Shown here: piece after piece, positions 40,623-50,845 of the stretch
Numbering within the stretch: position 1 is the stretch's first letter
Layout: the number at the start of each line of letters is the position of its first letter
Origin: Nitrospirales bacterium
GTDB lineage: Bacteria; Nitrospirota; Nitrospiria; Nitrospirales; UBA8639
NCBI GenBank assembly: GCA_040904705.1
Contig: JBBDSY010000092.1
Location: forward strand, 18,684 to 82,683
DNA: 64,000 nt
Reading direction: 5' to 3'
Program-made: the position numbers and the translations under genes
The notes under the pieces: generated by a model
Seen by the model: only the letters and a program-made list of their open reading frames with translations
Told to the model about the DNA's origin: nothing
Database searches by the model: none

Positions 40623-41947
40623 TGGAAGGGTGGTTAGAACAAGCGTTCATTGTGATGGCCATTCCATTGTTGGGCGCAGTTATTGGAACGTTTTTTTGGT
40701 CGAAGCCTCAGGCTTTCAAGATATGGGGACTCCTGGTCGTCATCACCACCTGGTTGGCAGTAGCAGTTCATCCATCGATGTCGGACGCGCCTTCAAGCAT
40801 CTCGATTTTTTTGATCCACATGATTCTTTTGGCAGGCTTTTTAACGATTCTCGGACAGCATCCAAACAAGGAAGCGCCGATCTCATTGTGTCTGGCACTG
40901 TTGTTCACAGGATTGGGAATAGGTTTTCTGCTGAGTGAGGGCCATGCAGGTTCAATTATGTTAGGGGCTATTTTGGGATTGTTGATCGTGAGTTTGGTTC
41001 GGCATAGACGATTGGACCGGGACATTCACTGGTCTGCCATGAGTTTACTCGCATTAGGCATTCTCTCACTCATTCTTTCCATGGTGTATTCTGGTCCTTA
41101 TCGAATCTTCATGCTACTTTTGCCCTTAGTTCTCGTGTGGCCGCTTTGGCCTCTGCAAGCCGCTTTTGTGTCCTCTGTGAGCTGCTTGCCCGGCATGCTT
41201 CCCGCCTTTCTCGCTGTCCTTTTACCAAGTGTTGGATTCTACGGATTCACTCATCTTCTTCCGGTTTTACCGGCAGCGGCTTTTGACTTCCTTTGGGTTT
41301 TCGCCATCGCCAGCGCTCTTTACGGGTCGCTACTCGCACTGAGTCAAGATTCGGTGGATACTCTGCTGGCCTATGCCCATTCGGCACTTGGCGCCATTTT
41401 GTGGTGGTATGTGGCTGTCACCCAGTCTGTGGGGCCAGGGACTCTTTCTTATTTAACCGGACTGAATCTCGTGATCTGTGGGCTGCTCCTGGCAAGCCTA
41501 TATATTCGGCTACGATTCGGAAGCCTTGATCTACAGGGTTCCCATGGTTTGGCGCACACCATGCCCACCCTGGCGACGCTCTTTGTCCTGTTTATTACCG
41601 CTGCCTTAGGGCTTCCGGTCATCACGCTCCTTTCGGCTTTTATGAAGATGATGTTGGACATTCCTTCTTCCCATACAGGTAGCCTGGTGCTCGTTCTGTT
41701 GTCTTGGTTATTAGCCTCATGGTATTTCCCCCGGTTAATGCAACAGGTGTTATTCGGGCCAGTATCTCCGCAATGTCAGGCCGGCGGCGATCTCCACGTT
41801 CAAGAACGGTTATCGCTCATACTTTTGTTGGTGGTGTTGGTCGCGCTTGGCATGGCTCCCTTTCATTGGTTTGGAGTTGTCGATTCCACGGTTCACGCGT
41901 GGCATTATTCTTTTGAGATCGCACAGGATGGCAGATGGACAGTCTAA
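40619..41947 (+). CDS. Divergent NuoM/MrpD-like antiporter-fold membrane protein
   Basis: Multi-TM; PLWPLQ, GSLLALSQD...LLAY, GLAHTMP, LGLP, VLFGP...DL..QER echo NuoM landmarks. Confidence 0.75.
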   Translation: MMEGWLEQAFIVMAIPLLGAVIGTFFWSKPQAFKIWGLLVVITTWLAVAVHPSMSDAPSSISIFLIHMILLAGFLTILGQHPNKEAPISLCLALLFTGLGIGFLLSEGHAGSIMLGAILGLLIVSLVRHRRLDRDIHWSAMSLLALGILSLILSMVYSGPYRIFMLLLPLVLVWPLWPLQAAFVSSVSCLPGMLPAFLAVLLPSVGFYGFTHLLPVLPAAAFDFLWVFAIASALYGSLLALSQDSVDTLLAYAHSALGAILWWYVAVTQSVGPGTLSYLTGLNLVICGLLLASLYIRLRFGSLDLQGSHGLAHTMPTLATLFVLFITAALGLPVITLLSAFMKMMLDIPSSHTGSLVLVLLSWLLASWYFPRLMQQVLFGPVSPQCQAGGDLHVQERLSLILLLVVLVALGMAPFHWFGVVDSTVHAWHYSFEIAQDGRWTV

Positions 41948-44900
41948 CGATCACTCGATATAGCGAAGTTCAACGCATGGAAATGCGTTCGCTGGTGAAT
42001 CTTGCCGGCGAAGTCATTGCCTATTATTGGCCGATGCGGACGTTTATTCATCATAATATTCTCCATGGCTTTGAAGATTTTAATTTTGAAGAAGCGGTTC
42101 AGAAAGGCCAACGGTTTCTCGGCGGTCGTCCGTATCTTCCCAACGAGGTGTTCCGGGAATATTTTCGTAGTGGCCGTATTGGGAAAGAGGACGTGGACGC
42201 CGCCTTAAGCCCATTAGTTCAAGAAAAAACGGTGATGGTTGGCAGCACAGTCATCAGCCATCTGGAGATCCTCCGGGCGCATTTGCTTCACGGAATCACT
42301 GTTCCAATCCATGGCATACCGGAATCTTTTGAAGAGACTTCATCGGAAACCACCATCCTGGATAGTCTCACGGAACGATTAAAGACGGTCCTCCAACCGA
42401 CTCCTTACGATGCCAAGGTTCAAGCTGGCGTCCATGCCGATATCCAGTCTCTTGGACGTGATCTGACCTTGAGTGGCTGGTGTGACCGTGTCCTTGGGAC
42501 TCGTATCACCGAGCAGATTAATGACGAACTCATTAAATGGTGCGGACCCTTTGTCGATGAAGGCCATGCAGCTTGGACCATGCCCTCTCGCGAAGCGTCT
42601 TTGTACCACGCCTGGAAGCAGCTCGCTCAACACGATTTCACCCACGCATTTCTCGGCATTCAGGACTGGAAAATGAAAATTCAGAAAATGCCGGAACATC
42701 CGGAAGAAGCCATCCTGATACACTTAGAAACCTTTGGCCTCCCTAAGGCATTATGGGTGGACTACCTTTCTCTGCACCTGGGCGCCTTGGCCGGATGGAC
42801 CGGATTTATCAAATGGCGCGCTGAGGAAGCTGGCTATGCATGGCAACAAGTGTATCCCGCGAGTTTGACTAAGTATCTTGCTGTTCGACTGTTCTATGAG
42901 AGAGAGTTGGTCAGTCAGGCATGCCGTGAGGAATTGGGTACAGAAGGAAACTATACGGCCCTATTGGCTTTTATGCAGGAACATGCTCAAATCTACTCTC
43001 TTCGGAAGGCCCGAGAAGCCGGCACTCTCAATCCGGTGTACAGTCAAATGGTAGATCGTCTGCGGTACGGGACTCCACGAAGTGGGCATGAAGTCTGGCA
43101 CACGTTGGCCGATCGTTACAGAGCCGACATGTTGGTTCAACATGATCGAAAAGAATGGCAATCGCAGGCCTGGCGTCTTTTGCGCTTGGCAACTATTCTT
43201 CACATCAAGCCGGAGGTCCTAACGGAAACGGTACCTGGCGAGTTACCTGTTCTTCTGAAGTGGTTGGACGCATTCCCGGAAATCCAACATGGTCCGTATT
43301 GGTTGCAGGCATTCGAGGAGAGTTATAAGAAAAGTCTTTTAAGAAAACTAGGACCTAACATTGACAAGAACCTCAGTCCTACCGGTCTGGAGCAGAACCA
43401 GCCCAATGCGGTTCGTCCCCTGACACAGGCCATCTTCTGTATCGATGTTCGTTCCGAAGGATTTCGCCGGCATTTGGAAGATATTGGCGGATATGAGACC
43501 TTGGGATTTGCAGGCTTTTTTGCTATCCCTTTTCGTTTCCGGGCGTTCGGTAGTCATCATGAAACCGATCAATGTCCAGTCCTCCTCAAACCCAAACATG
43601 TGGTCCGCGAAGTCCCCAGGGCTTACCAAAGTCTGGAATCCGAAAAACATCTGGCTGGCATTCAGTTTCTGCAGACAAGCCATCATTTGCTTCATAGCCT
43701 CAAAGAAAATGTGCTAACCCCTTATGTCATGGTTGAGGCGATGGGATGGCTTTATGCGATCCCATTTATTTTTAAAACCACTCTGGCCACGTGGTATAAG
43801 GCCTGGTCCTCATGGCTTCGCCAGTCCTTTGCCCCGCCCATCGGTACAACCCTGACCGTGAATAAACTCACTCAGGAGGAGGCAGGAGGAATGTTAGCTG
43901 CAGAGCAGCGCCCTATGATCCGTCTGGCACTGCGAGAACAATTCGGCCTGCAAGGCAAACAGATCACTAAAGAACTGGTGGAAACGTTACGCCAGTATGC
44001 TCTGGAAGAGAATGATTTCCGTGGTCCCCTCCCTGAAGCCTACCGTCAGCTTCTGGGTCTGACGGTCCCTCAAGAAGCCGCTTTCATCGAGAAGCTCCGC
44101 TCTCACTATCGACTCGATTCGCGTGGGGCCTCAGATCGCCTACATCGCATCACACAAACCGGGTTCACCTTGACCGAGCAAGTTAATTTTGTCGAAACCA
44201 ACCTTCGGCTCATGGGTCTCACAAAAAATTTTGCACGGATAATCTTACTCTGCGGCCATGGGAGCACCTCGGAAAATAACCCCTACGAATCTGCCCTTGA
44301 TTGCGGGGCATGTGGAGGCAATGAGGGGATGTCCAACGCCCGAACGTTTGCAGTCATGAGCAATAAATCTGCTATCAGGGAACAGCTTGGCGAGCGCGGG
44401 ATTACGATCCCTCAGGATACCTATTTCCTGGCAGGTCAGGTTGACACAACGACTGATCTCGTTGAATTTTTTGACTTGGAAGATGTTCCCGCCACTCATC
44501 GTCAGCAACTCTCACAGTTAATTCGTGACCTTCAGGAGGCTGGGCAACACAATAGCCTGGAACGCTTGTCCAGCTTTCCAGATGTCCAGGGAGCCTGTTC
44601 AGCCGATGAGGCTGCGCGTAAGATGCAAGCACGAAGCCTGGATTGGTCTCAAGTTCGACCTGAATGGGGATTGTCCCGAAATGCCGCATTTATTGTGGGG
44701 CAGCGGAATTTGACGAAAGGACTCAATCTTGAAGGACGGGTGTTCCTGCATTCATACGATTATCAGGGGGATCCTACTGGTAAGCTTTTACAAGTAATTT
44801 TGACGGCGCCTGGAGTCGTGGTTCAGTGGATTAGCATGGAGCATTACTTTTCAACCGTGGATCCTGAGGTCTATGGAAGTGGGAGTAAAATGTATCATAA

Positions 44901-45189
44901 TGTCACAGGCAGGATTGGTGTGATGTTTGGCACGCAAAGTGATCTCCGCGTGGGATTAGCCTGGCAAACCGTCATGGAGGGAGAGCGACCCTATCATGAG
45001 GCCATGCGTCCACTCTACATCGTGGAAGCCCCTCGCGATCGCCTCAGCCTGCTGATCCAAAAGAATGGAATTCTTCAACGATTTTTTGATGGCCGCTGGG
45101 TTCACCTGGTGGCCTTGGAGCCGGAAGATGGAACCTTTTATCAATATGTCCCTCAACAAGGTTGGAGTGTGGTTGCACAGCCAGATTGA
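41935..45189 (+). CDS. dabA: DAB inorganic carbon pump subunit A (DUF2309, beta-carbonic-anhydrase-like)
   Basis: WPMRTFIHHN, zinc-ligand motifs FCIDVRSE, LCGHGS and LDCGACGG, RPEWGL, RVFLHSYD, GSGSKMYHNV. Confidence 0.95.
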   Translation: MDSLTITRYSEVQRMEMRSLVNLAGEVIAYYWPMRTFIHHNILHGFEDFNFEEAVQKGQRFLGGRPYLPNEVFREYFRSGRIGKEDVDAALSPLVQEKTVMVGSTVISHLEILRAHLLHGITVPIHGIPESFEETSSETTILDSLTERLKTVLQPTPYDAKVQAGVHADIQSLGRDLTLSGWCDRVLGTRITEQINDELIKWCGPFVDEGHAAWTMPSREASLYHAWKQLAQHDFTHAFLGIQDWKMKIQKMPEHPEEAILIHLETFGLPKALWVDYLSLHLGALAGWTGFIKWRAEEAGYAWQQVYPASLTKYLAVRLFYERELVSQACREELGTEGNYTALLAFMQEHAQIYSLRKAREAGTLNPVYSQMVDRLRYGTPRSGHEVWHTLADRYRADMLVQHDRKEWQSQAWRLLRLATILHIKPEVLTETVPGELPVLLKWLDAFPEIQHGPYWLQAFEESYKKSLLRKLGPNIDKNLSPTGLEQNQPNAVRPLTQAIFCIDVRSEGFRRHLEDIGGYETLGFAGFFAIPFRFRAFGSHHETDQCPVLLKPKHVVREVPRAYQSLESEKHLAGIQFLQTSHHLLHSLKENVLTPYVMVEAMGWLYAIPFIFKTTLATWYKAWSSWLRQSFAPPIGTTLTVNKLTQEEAGGMLAAEQRPMIRLALREQFGLQGKQITKELVETLRQYALEENDFRGPLPEAYRQLLGLTVPQEAAFIEKLRSHYRLDSRGASDRLHRITQTGFTLTEQVNFVETNLRLMGLTKNFARIILLCGHGSTSENNPYESALDCGACGGNEGMSNARTFAVMSNKSAIREQLGERGITIPQDTYFLAGQVDTTTDLVEFFDLEDVPATHRQQLSQLIRDLQEAGQHNSLERLSSFPDVQGACSADEAARKMQARSLDWSQVRPEWGLSRNAAFIVGQRNLTKGLNLEGRVFLHSYDYQGDPTGKLLQVILTAPGVVVQWISMEHYFSTVDPEVYGSGSKMYHNVTGRIGVMFGTQSDLRVGLAWQTVMEGERPYHEAMRPLYIVEAPRDRLSLLIQKNGILQRFFDGRWVHLVALEPEDGTFYQYVPQQGWSVVAQPD

Positions 45190-45213
45190 TCTAGAAGAAG
45201 GAGCACGAAAGCC

Positions 45214-45549
45214 ATGAGCGGATTAATTCTTCATCCCATGAAGGAAATTAAAATCATTATCGAAGGGGAGCATCTGAAATTTGTCAGTGACCTATTAGAC
45301 AAAGTAAAGGCGACGGGGTATACCGTCATCAGCAACATTTCTGGAAAGGGTCACCAGGGTTTTCATGAAGGGTATCTCATGTTTAATGACACAAATAGTC
45401 AGGTCATGATCTTCACGGTGGTACCGGAGGAAAAAGTTGAACCCATTCTTGCCGGTCTGGGCCCGCTCTTTAATCGCCACTCCGGTTCCATGTTCGTCTC
45501 TGATGTCGCCGTGAGCCGCCGGGAACGTTATACAGCAGGGGATAAGTGA
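45214..45549 (+). CDS. P-II-like regulator (SbtB/CPII-like)
   Basis: KEIKIIIEG, ATGYTVISNISGKG; 111 aa; directly after dabA. Confidence 0.85.
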   Translation: MSGLILHPMKEIKIIIEGEHLKFVSDLLDKVKATGYTVISNISGKGHQGFHEGYLMFNDTNSQVMIFTVVPEEKVEPILAGLGPLFNRHSGSMFVSDVAVSRRERYTAGDK

Positions 45550-45852
45550 TCCCGGTTTTCGGCAGATGAGAGTAGGAAATACACACCCTCCTTTCCACAG
45601 AAGGCGTAATCGAGAGGGTTGGAAAACGGGCAACGAAGTTCTTGCTTGCTCTGTCAATGCAGCTGACAGGTAGAGCAGCGCCTTCGGCAACCTGAGGCAT
45701 TCATTCTCTTCCCGCAACCATTCTGATTCGATTACTTGCACCAGGGCCCTTGTCTTATTGGGCCTTCTGGCGGCCATGTCATCGTCTCATACGTTCACGC
45801 TGGCCGTGTTTTACACATGTTGTTAGTTGAGTCAGCCTCCCACATCCACACG

Positions 45853-47481
45853 TTATTTTAGCGAGACACTGTGCTGGACGAACGACTTGATATTGGGGTC
45901 GGTTGTGACAATCACGACGGTCCAAGGGCTCGCAATCGCACACATCTTGGTAAGAACAGCCTCTCTTTGAGGAGAAAAAATCTCGTGGAGTCCTCCATCG
46001 ACAATCAGTAATTTGGGGCGGGCGATCAAAGTCCGAGCCAATAAAATTTTAATCGTCTGGCTTGGGGAAAAATTTTTCCCACCGTACTGAATCATCGTTT
46101 GTAGGCCATCAGGGAATTGTTCAATTTCCTCTTGCAGACCAACGAAATCTAAGGCCCACAGTAAATCCTCGGTTGATTGATTTTTCCGCCCTAATGTGAC
46201 GTTTTCCAAAAGTGTGGCCTCAAACAGTGACAAATGCCGGCTTAACACCAAACCACGAATGTCATTCACAGCGTCGGGATGGAGGTCACGGATATCAATG
46301 TCATTGTAACGAATCGTTCCGTGAGGTGGATTGTCCAATCCTGCGAGGAGCCTGGAGATCTGCAATCGTTGAGACTCCGTTTCACACACCATGGCCCATT
46401 TTTCTCCGGGCTTCATGTCTACGGTTAGTTCAAAGGCGTGGGGCCATGGGGATGGCAAACCGCCGACATGGGAAACTGCAAGCCCGAGCCCTAGTGAAGA
46501 AATCTTCGGTACGCTCACAAGATGGGCTGAAATTTGTCGGTCTTTGGGTAGAGAAAAAATATGATGGATTTCGGTTAACGCGGTCAAAAAATAAAAAATC
46601 ACATAGGTGCGTTTAACGACTGAATCCAAGTTGACAAGGAGTGTGGCAATAATGACTTCCGCGGCAACCAATTGGCCTAAGGTGAGTTCTCCTTTGCTCA
46701 ACAACCACCCTGCCGTCCCCAACAAACCGGTGTGTAAAAGTACTTGAAGGGAAATTGACCCAATGTATTGTCGTATGAGCACCCGAAGCCGGGACTCTCT
46801 TGCTTGGACATAAGCGTGAGCCAGAGTGTCGGCTTTTTGGAGGATAAGATCGAGGCTCTGACTGGCTTTAAAATGGCTGAGATTGTCTGCCACCTCTTGA
46901 AACCAATGATAGGTGTCATATTTGGTTTCTGACATATGTAGGGTAGCGTCAAGTCCCCCTTTGCCTAATAGGCCAATCATCCCGACAGCGAGAAGAAGGA
47001 GGAGATCGAAGACGAGAAAGTACGGGTGGTAGAGGACAAGCAACGCCATGCCGATGAACCCTCCAACCACCACGTTGGTGAGGTCAACCAACAAACCGGC
47101 CACGGCACGTTGCATGAAGACAATTTCAAAAAATCGGCTGGCATATTCATTACGGAAATGTGTTTCTTGGATCGAAGGGAATGTCCGGGCAAATGCGAGG
47201 GTCAGACGGACAAAAATTCGCCGTTCAAGAAGATCTGTCGCAAAAAATTGCAGGACCTTGAACACTCCCACAAATATCAGGACCCCGGCCATAATGCTGA
47301 CAAGCGTGACGACCATAATCGGTTGAATGGCCAAAGCGAAGGTATTGACCAGTTCCTGGACCGTGATTGGAATAATGAGGGAAAACACGCCAACGGCCAC
47401 AGCATACAACAGTATGGTGAGAATAATGCGGCGTTCTTGTTTCAGAAAGACGCCCACGTGCTGAAGGACTTCATTGTTCAT
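45853..47481 (-). CDS. Type I secretion-like ABC transporter (TMD+NBD) with degenerate ATPase motifs
   Basis: LTLGQLVAAE TMD motif, LFEATLLENV Q-loop region; Walker A and B degenerate. Confidence 0.85.
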   Translation of the reverse strand: MNNEVLQHVGVFLKQERRIILTILLYAVAVGVFSLIIPITVQELVNTFALAIQPIMVVTLVSIMAGVLIFVGVFKVLQFFATDLLERRIFVRLTLAFARTFPSIQETHFRNEYASRFFEIVFMQRAVAGLLVDLTNVVVGGFIGMALLVLYHPYFLVFDLLLLLAVGMIGLLGKGGLDATLHMSETKYDTYHWFQEVADNLSHFKASQSLDLILQKADTLAHAYVQARESRLRVLIRQYIGSISLQVLLHTGLLGTAGWLLSKGELTLGQLVAAEVIIATLLVNLDSVVKRTYVIFYFLTALTEIHHIFSLPKDRQISAHLVSVPKISSLGLGLAVSHVGGLPSPWPHAFELTVDMKPGEKWAMVCETESQRLQISRLLAGLDNPPHGTIRYNDIDIRDLHPDAVNDIRGLVLSRHLSLFEATLLENVTLGRKNQSTEDLLWALDFVGLQEEIEQFPDGLQTMIQYGGKNFSPSQTIKILLARTLIARPKLLIVDGGLHEIFSPQREAVLTKMCAIASPWTVVIVTTDPNIKSFVQHSVSLK

Positions 47482-47529
47482 GGTTGGTTTTGAAGCGCTT
47501 GTCAGGCAAGAATTTTTTATGAAAAATGC

Positions 47530-48972
47530 CTAGGCCACCGGTTGTGTCCAGCGGCCGATAGCCCATTGATAAAATGCCTTGGCTTGCTCCAATTCAGCCT
47601 GAGCTTGGATATAAGAGATTTCGGCATCCACCGCATTTCGTTCCCGAAGATTCACAAAAAGTAAATTGGTGGCTCCCACCCGAAATCGCGTTCGTTCACC
47701 TTTCACAAGGGAACGGGCATAAAGAAGGGCTTGAAAGGCTGCCTGAATTCGTTCTTCAGCCCGTAATAAGGCCGAACCGGCGTTGTCGATATCTACCGCC
47801 ACCTGCTGCATCCGGTATTGTCGATGCCACAGTAATCGTTCCGCCTTAGCTTTTAATTGCAGTTGTTGACCGGTCGCATCTTTTTGTAAGAAGGGAAAAC
47901 TGAATCGGAGTCCGAATCGATAACCCAGTCCCAGGACAAATTCTCCCGGTTTTCTCGTGGGTTCAGCCTCTGCCCGAAGATCGGGGAGGAAATTATTCTT
48001 GGCCACTCCAAGATCAATATGATTGCGCGCTGCTTCAAGTGTAATTTGAAGGACTTCCGGACGGCGTTGTTGAGCCAAATCGACATCGGTTTCCTGTGGG
48101 GGACGATGCATGGTCGATGAGGCAGGAGGAAAATCAGGAACTGTCTGAAGTTTGAATGGAATGGGGGCACCGTGGTCCCAGACAAATAGTGACAACTTAA
48201 ACTGCTCCTGTTCGGCTTCCCGCTTGGACTTAATCATGTTTTCCAATCGGCGTTGGACTTCCTGGTGAGCTTCGGTCACATCAAATTCAGCCACGGCGCC
48301 GGATTCAGCCTGGCGGGTGAGTTGTTGAAGGCGGGCTTTAGCCACCTCCAAAGCCTGTTGGCGTAAATCCACAGTTTTCCAGGCGGCCACCCATTTCCAA
48401 TATTGAGTGGCTGCACCTAAATACAGCTCCTGTCGGGTTTGTTGGATCGTAAGAGAAGCTTCCTGCTCTGCCAGTTTGGATTTCTCCAACTCTCCGCGCT
48501 CCGGATTGGTGCCGAGCCCTCTGAGCAATGGCAGCACGAGGCCTAACAGGGGTTGATTGTTTTCGCCTATTCCGAGATCGGCGACGTCAACATCTCCCAG
48601 ACCGGTTCGCCATCCCGCAAATCCCTGGAGCCCCCAAGGATGCCGCATCTGAACGAAGGTATCGTTGAAGCCCACATTCCTGGGCTGCCCATCTTTCACC
48701 AGACGCTCTAGTTCGAAATCATTGACCAGTTTGGGTTCAAACGCGCCAAGAGCTTTCAGTAATTTGCCTTGAGCTTCCAGTCTTTCAGTCCGACTCCCAT
48801 GCAACAGGGGATGTTGTGTCTCAACCAAAGCGAGCACGGTTTCCAAGGAAAGTGGGTGGTTTGCGGTATACGGAGAAGTCTGCGTCTCCAGGGCAAAGAT
48901 ATCCGGTAAGGGGAGCAGGAGAAGCACGGTTCCCACAAATACGTTGAAAAAGGTCAATCGGTTTCGTGACAT
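47530..48972 (-). CDS. TolC-family outer membrane channel
   Basis: Signal peptide, GAFEP, PLLRG, GERTRFRVG..NL..VNLRE. Confidence 0.9.
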   Translation of the reverse strand: MSRNRLTFFNVFVGTVLLLLPLPDIFALETQTSPYTANHPLSLETVLALVETQHPLLHGSRTERLEAQGKLLKALGAFEPKLVNDFELERLVKDGQPRNVGFNDTFVQMRHPWGLQGFAGWRTGLGDVDVADLGIGENNQPLLGLVLPLLRGLGTNPERGELEKSKLAEQEASLTIQQTRQELYLGAATQYWKWVAAWKTVDLRQQALEVAKARLQQLTRQAESGAVAEFDVTEAHQEVQRRLENMIKSKREAEQEQFKLSLFVWDHGAPIPFKLQTVPDFPPASSTMHRPPQETDVDLAQQRRPEVLQITLEAARNHIDLGVAKNNFLPDLRAEAEPTRKPGEFVLGLGYRFGLRFSFPFLQKDATGQQLQLKAKAERLLWHRQYRMQQVAVDIDNAGSALLRAEERIQAAFQALLYARSLVKGERTRFRVGATNLLFVNLRERNAVDAEISYIQAQAELEQAKAFYQWAIGRWTQPVA

Positions 48973-49031
48973 GCGTTCACCCTCCTTGAATGACTGTACG
49001 ACTCAACCATTTGGGATTCCCAGGTTTGCGA

Positions 49032-50459
49032 TTATTTTCCCGGCCGTCCGGCTTTGGGGAGAAACGTCTCAGGTAGATACGATGACTGTTCTTGATAGTC
49101 TGCCGGGAAGAGATTCACGCGTCTCCACAATTCATACCAGAGGGGGACACGGTTCAACAGAACCCATCCCATCACCTGAGTGCCTTGGCGAATCTGACTT
49201 TGCGGTGGCCACGTAGCGGCCTCCGGATCTGGAACGACCCAAAAGCGAAAACGTTTTTGTACATCCGAGGTCTGATCGACCACAAGAATTTTACCGTCGA
49301 ATGTTCCAGCCATCAGCTCGGGCCACGATGGGAGAGGAATGGTCGGAATGCCATGAAACATGAGTCGAACATTTCTGCCGGGCGTGAGAAGGGGGGCATC
49401 CAGGGGTTCTGCCCACATTTCCACTGCACGGGTGGCCGTATCCGGGACGATGGTGAATAACGAAGCACCTTGCTTGACGATTTCACCTGTCCCCATTTGT
49501 GTCATGCGTACCACGGTGCCATCAATAGGCGCAGTGATGCGACTGGCTGTTTGGCGTTGGGCAGCATTCGAACGCGTGAGGGCCAGGTCAGCCAGTTCCT
49601 TCGACGCCTGAGCTGCTTCCCCAAGAGTGGCTGCTCGTTGGGAGCGAATATTGAGAATACGTTGTACGAGTTCTGCTTCAATCTGCGCGCGCCCATGCGT
49701 GAGCGCCTGTCGTGATTGAGTCACTTCTTGAAGGGCAGCTTCACTAGCCTTAAGCTCGGCTTGCGCTGCCGCTTCAGCTTGAATAGCCAATTCCAATTCC
49801 CGCCGTGAAAGCAGCCCATCGGCTTCAAGGATATGCGATCGTTGTAAGTTCAGATGGGCGGTTTGGGCGGCAATCTTGGCTGCAGCCAGACGCTGTTTAA
49901 AGCTTTGGATTCGCTGTGCAGCTTCTTGAACACGGGAATCGGCCGATCCCGTGGTGGCATCGGTCAGTTTGGTCATTTCTTCGAGTTGTTGGGACAGGAG
50001 TTGTGAACGAGTTAACGCTGTCTCCCGTCTTTCTTTCAGGGCCTGCATGGATTGGTCCAGCCGCTCCAAAAGATCAGGGGCCAAAAATCTGGAATCGACG
50101 TCCGCGAGTTCCAGGATCAGATCGTGTTTCTTAACGGCCATGCCTTCGTTGATATGCCAGGTTGCGATGCGTCCATCAAGAGGTGCATGCACTTCTTGCG
50201 GACGTTCGGCCGGCGAGTAGGCCGACAATTGCCCTTGAGCTGTGATCGTTTGAGTCCAGGGGACAAACGCCAGAATCAAGATAAATACAAGAAAAAACCC
50301 GATAATGAACCGTACGCTGGTTTGCAGTTTCTTAGGAATGTGAACGGCTTTCCACGATTCAAACTGCGTTTGGCGTTCAGGGTTCTGAATCGGGTCAGAT
50401 GGTTGCGAGAAAGGTATCTGAGCGGCAGAAGGCTCGGCTGGAATGGGGGGGAAGTCCAT
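49032..50459 (-). CDS. HlyD-family membrane fusion protein
   Basis: PWTQTI, lipoyl halves APLDGRI / APIDGTV, long coiled coil, VPLWYELWRR.N.FP. Confidence 0.92.
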   Translation of the reverse strand: MDFPPIPAEPSAAQIPFSQPSDPIQNPERQTQFESWKAVHIPKKLQTSVRFIIGFFLVFILILAFVPWTQTITAQGQLSAYSPAERPQEVHAPLDGRIATWHINEGMAVKKHDLILELADVDSRFLAPDLLERLDQSMQALKERRETALTRSQLLSQQLEEMTKLTDATTGSADSRVQEAAQRIQSFKQRLAAAKIAAQTAHLNLQRSHILEADGLLSRRELELAIQAEAAAQAELKASEAALQEVTQSRQALTHGRAQIEAELVQRILNIRSQRAATLGEAAQASKELADLALTRSNAAQRQTASRITAPIDGTVVRMTQMGTGEIVKQGASLFTIVPDTATRAVEMWAEPLDAPLLTPGRNVRLMFHGIPTIPLPSWPELMAGTFDGKILVVDQTSDVQKRFRFWVVPDPEAATWPPQSQIRQGTQVMGWVLLNRVPLWYELWRRVNLFPADYQEQSSYLPETFLPKAGRPGK

Positions 50460-50721
50460 GAATGACGTACTTACAAAGGCATTTCAAATACTTGTCTGAG
50501 GTTAGCTGATCCCATAATAATTTTTGTCGTATAAGGCCTTTTCCCGGTGGACCTTTGCCAAGAAATACCCCATTCTAGCTTCAATCCAAAGGTAAGCCAA
50601 GGCCGAGCCTCTTTCCTCTTATCCTTTGTCCTCAGTCTCTAATCATTGATGGTTGTGTGCTTCATGGTGCTTTCTTCTTGTAAAAATAAGGAATGAGGTG
50701 GCTTTGTCTGTACTTGGTTTT

Positions 50722-50791
50722 ATTAAACAAGAATTTATTTTATATAGACAAATGCATAAATATTTTACAAAGTATAAAAATTTTAAATGAA
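50722..50791 (-). promoter_or_regulatory. LysR-type operator/promoter box A (upstream of hlyD-tolC-ABC)
   Basis: Minus strand: CAT-N11-ATA, then TTGTCT-18-TTTAAT; 37/48 identical to box B. Confidence 0.7.
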
Positions 50792-50845
50792 ACAAAAAAC
50801 TTAATAAGGGGATAATTACGGATTTGGTCAAGTGGCCCGTGATGC

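Noticed and set aside
38910-41947. Respiratory complex I or Mrp antiporter operon
   Set aside because: No other nuo or mrp subunits are present; the adjacent DUF2309 gene identifies a DAB-type pump.
45550-45852. Hairpins between the convergent PII and ABC genes as an sRNA
   Set aside because: Could simply be terminator or stability structures; no recognisable family or promoter.
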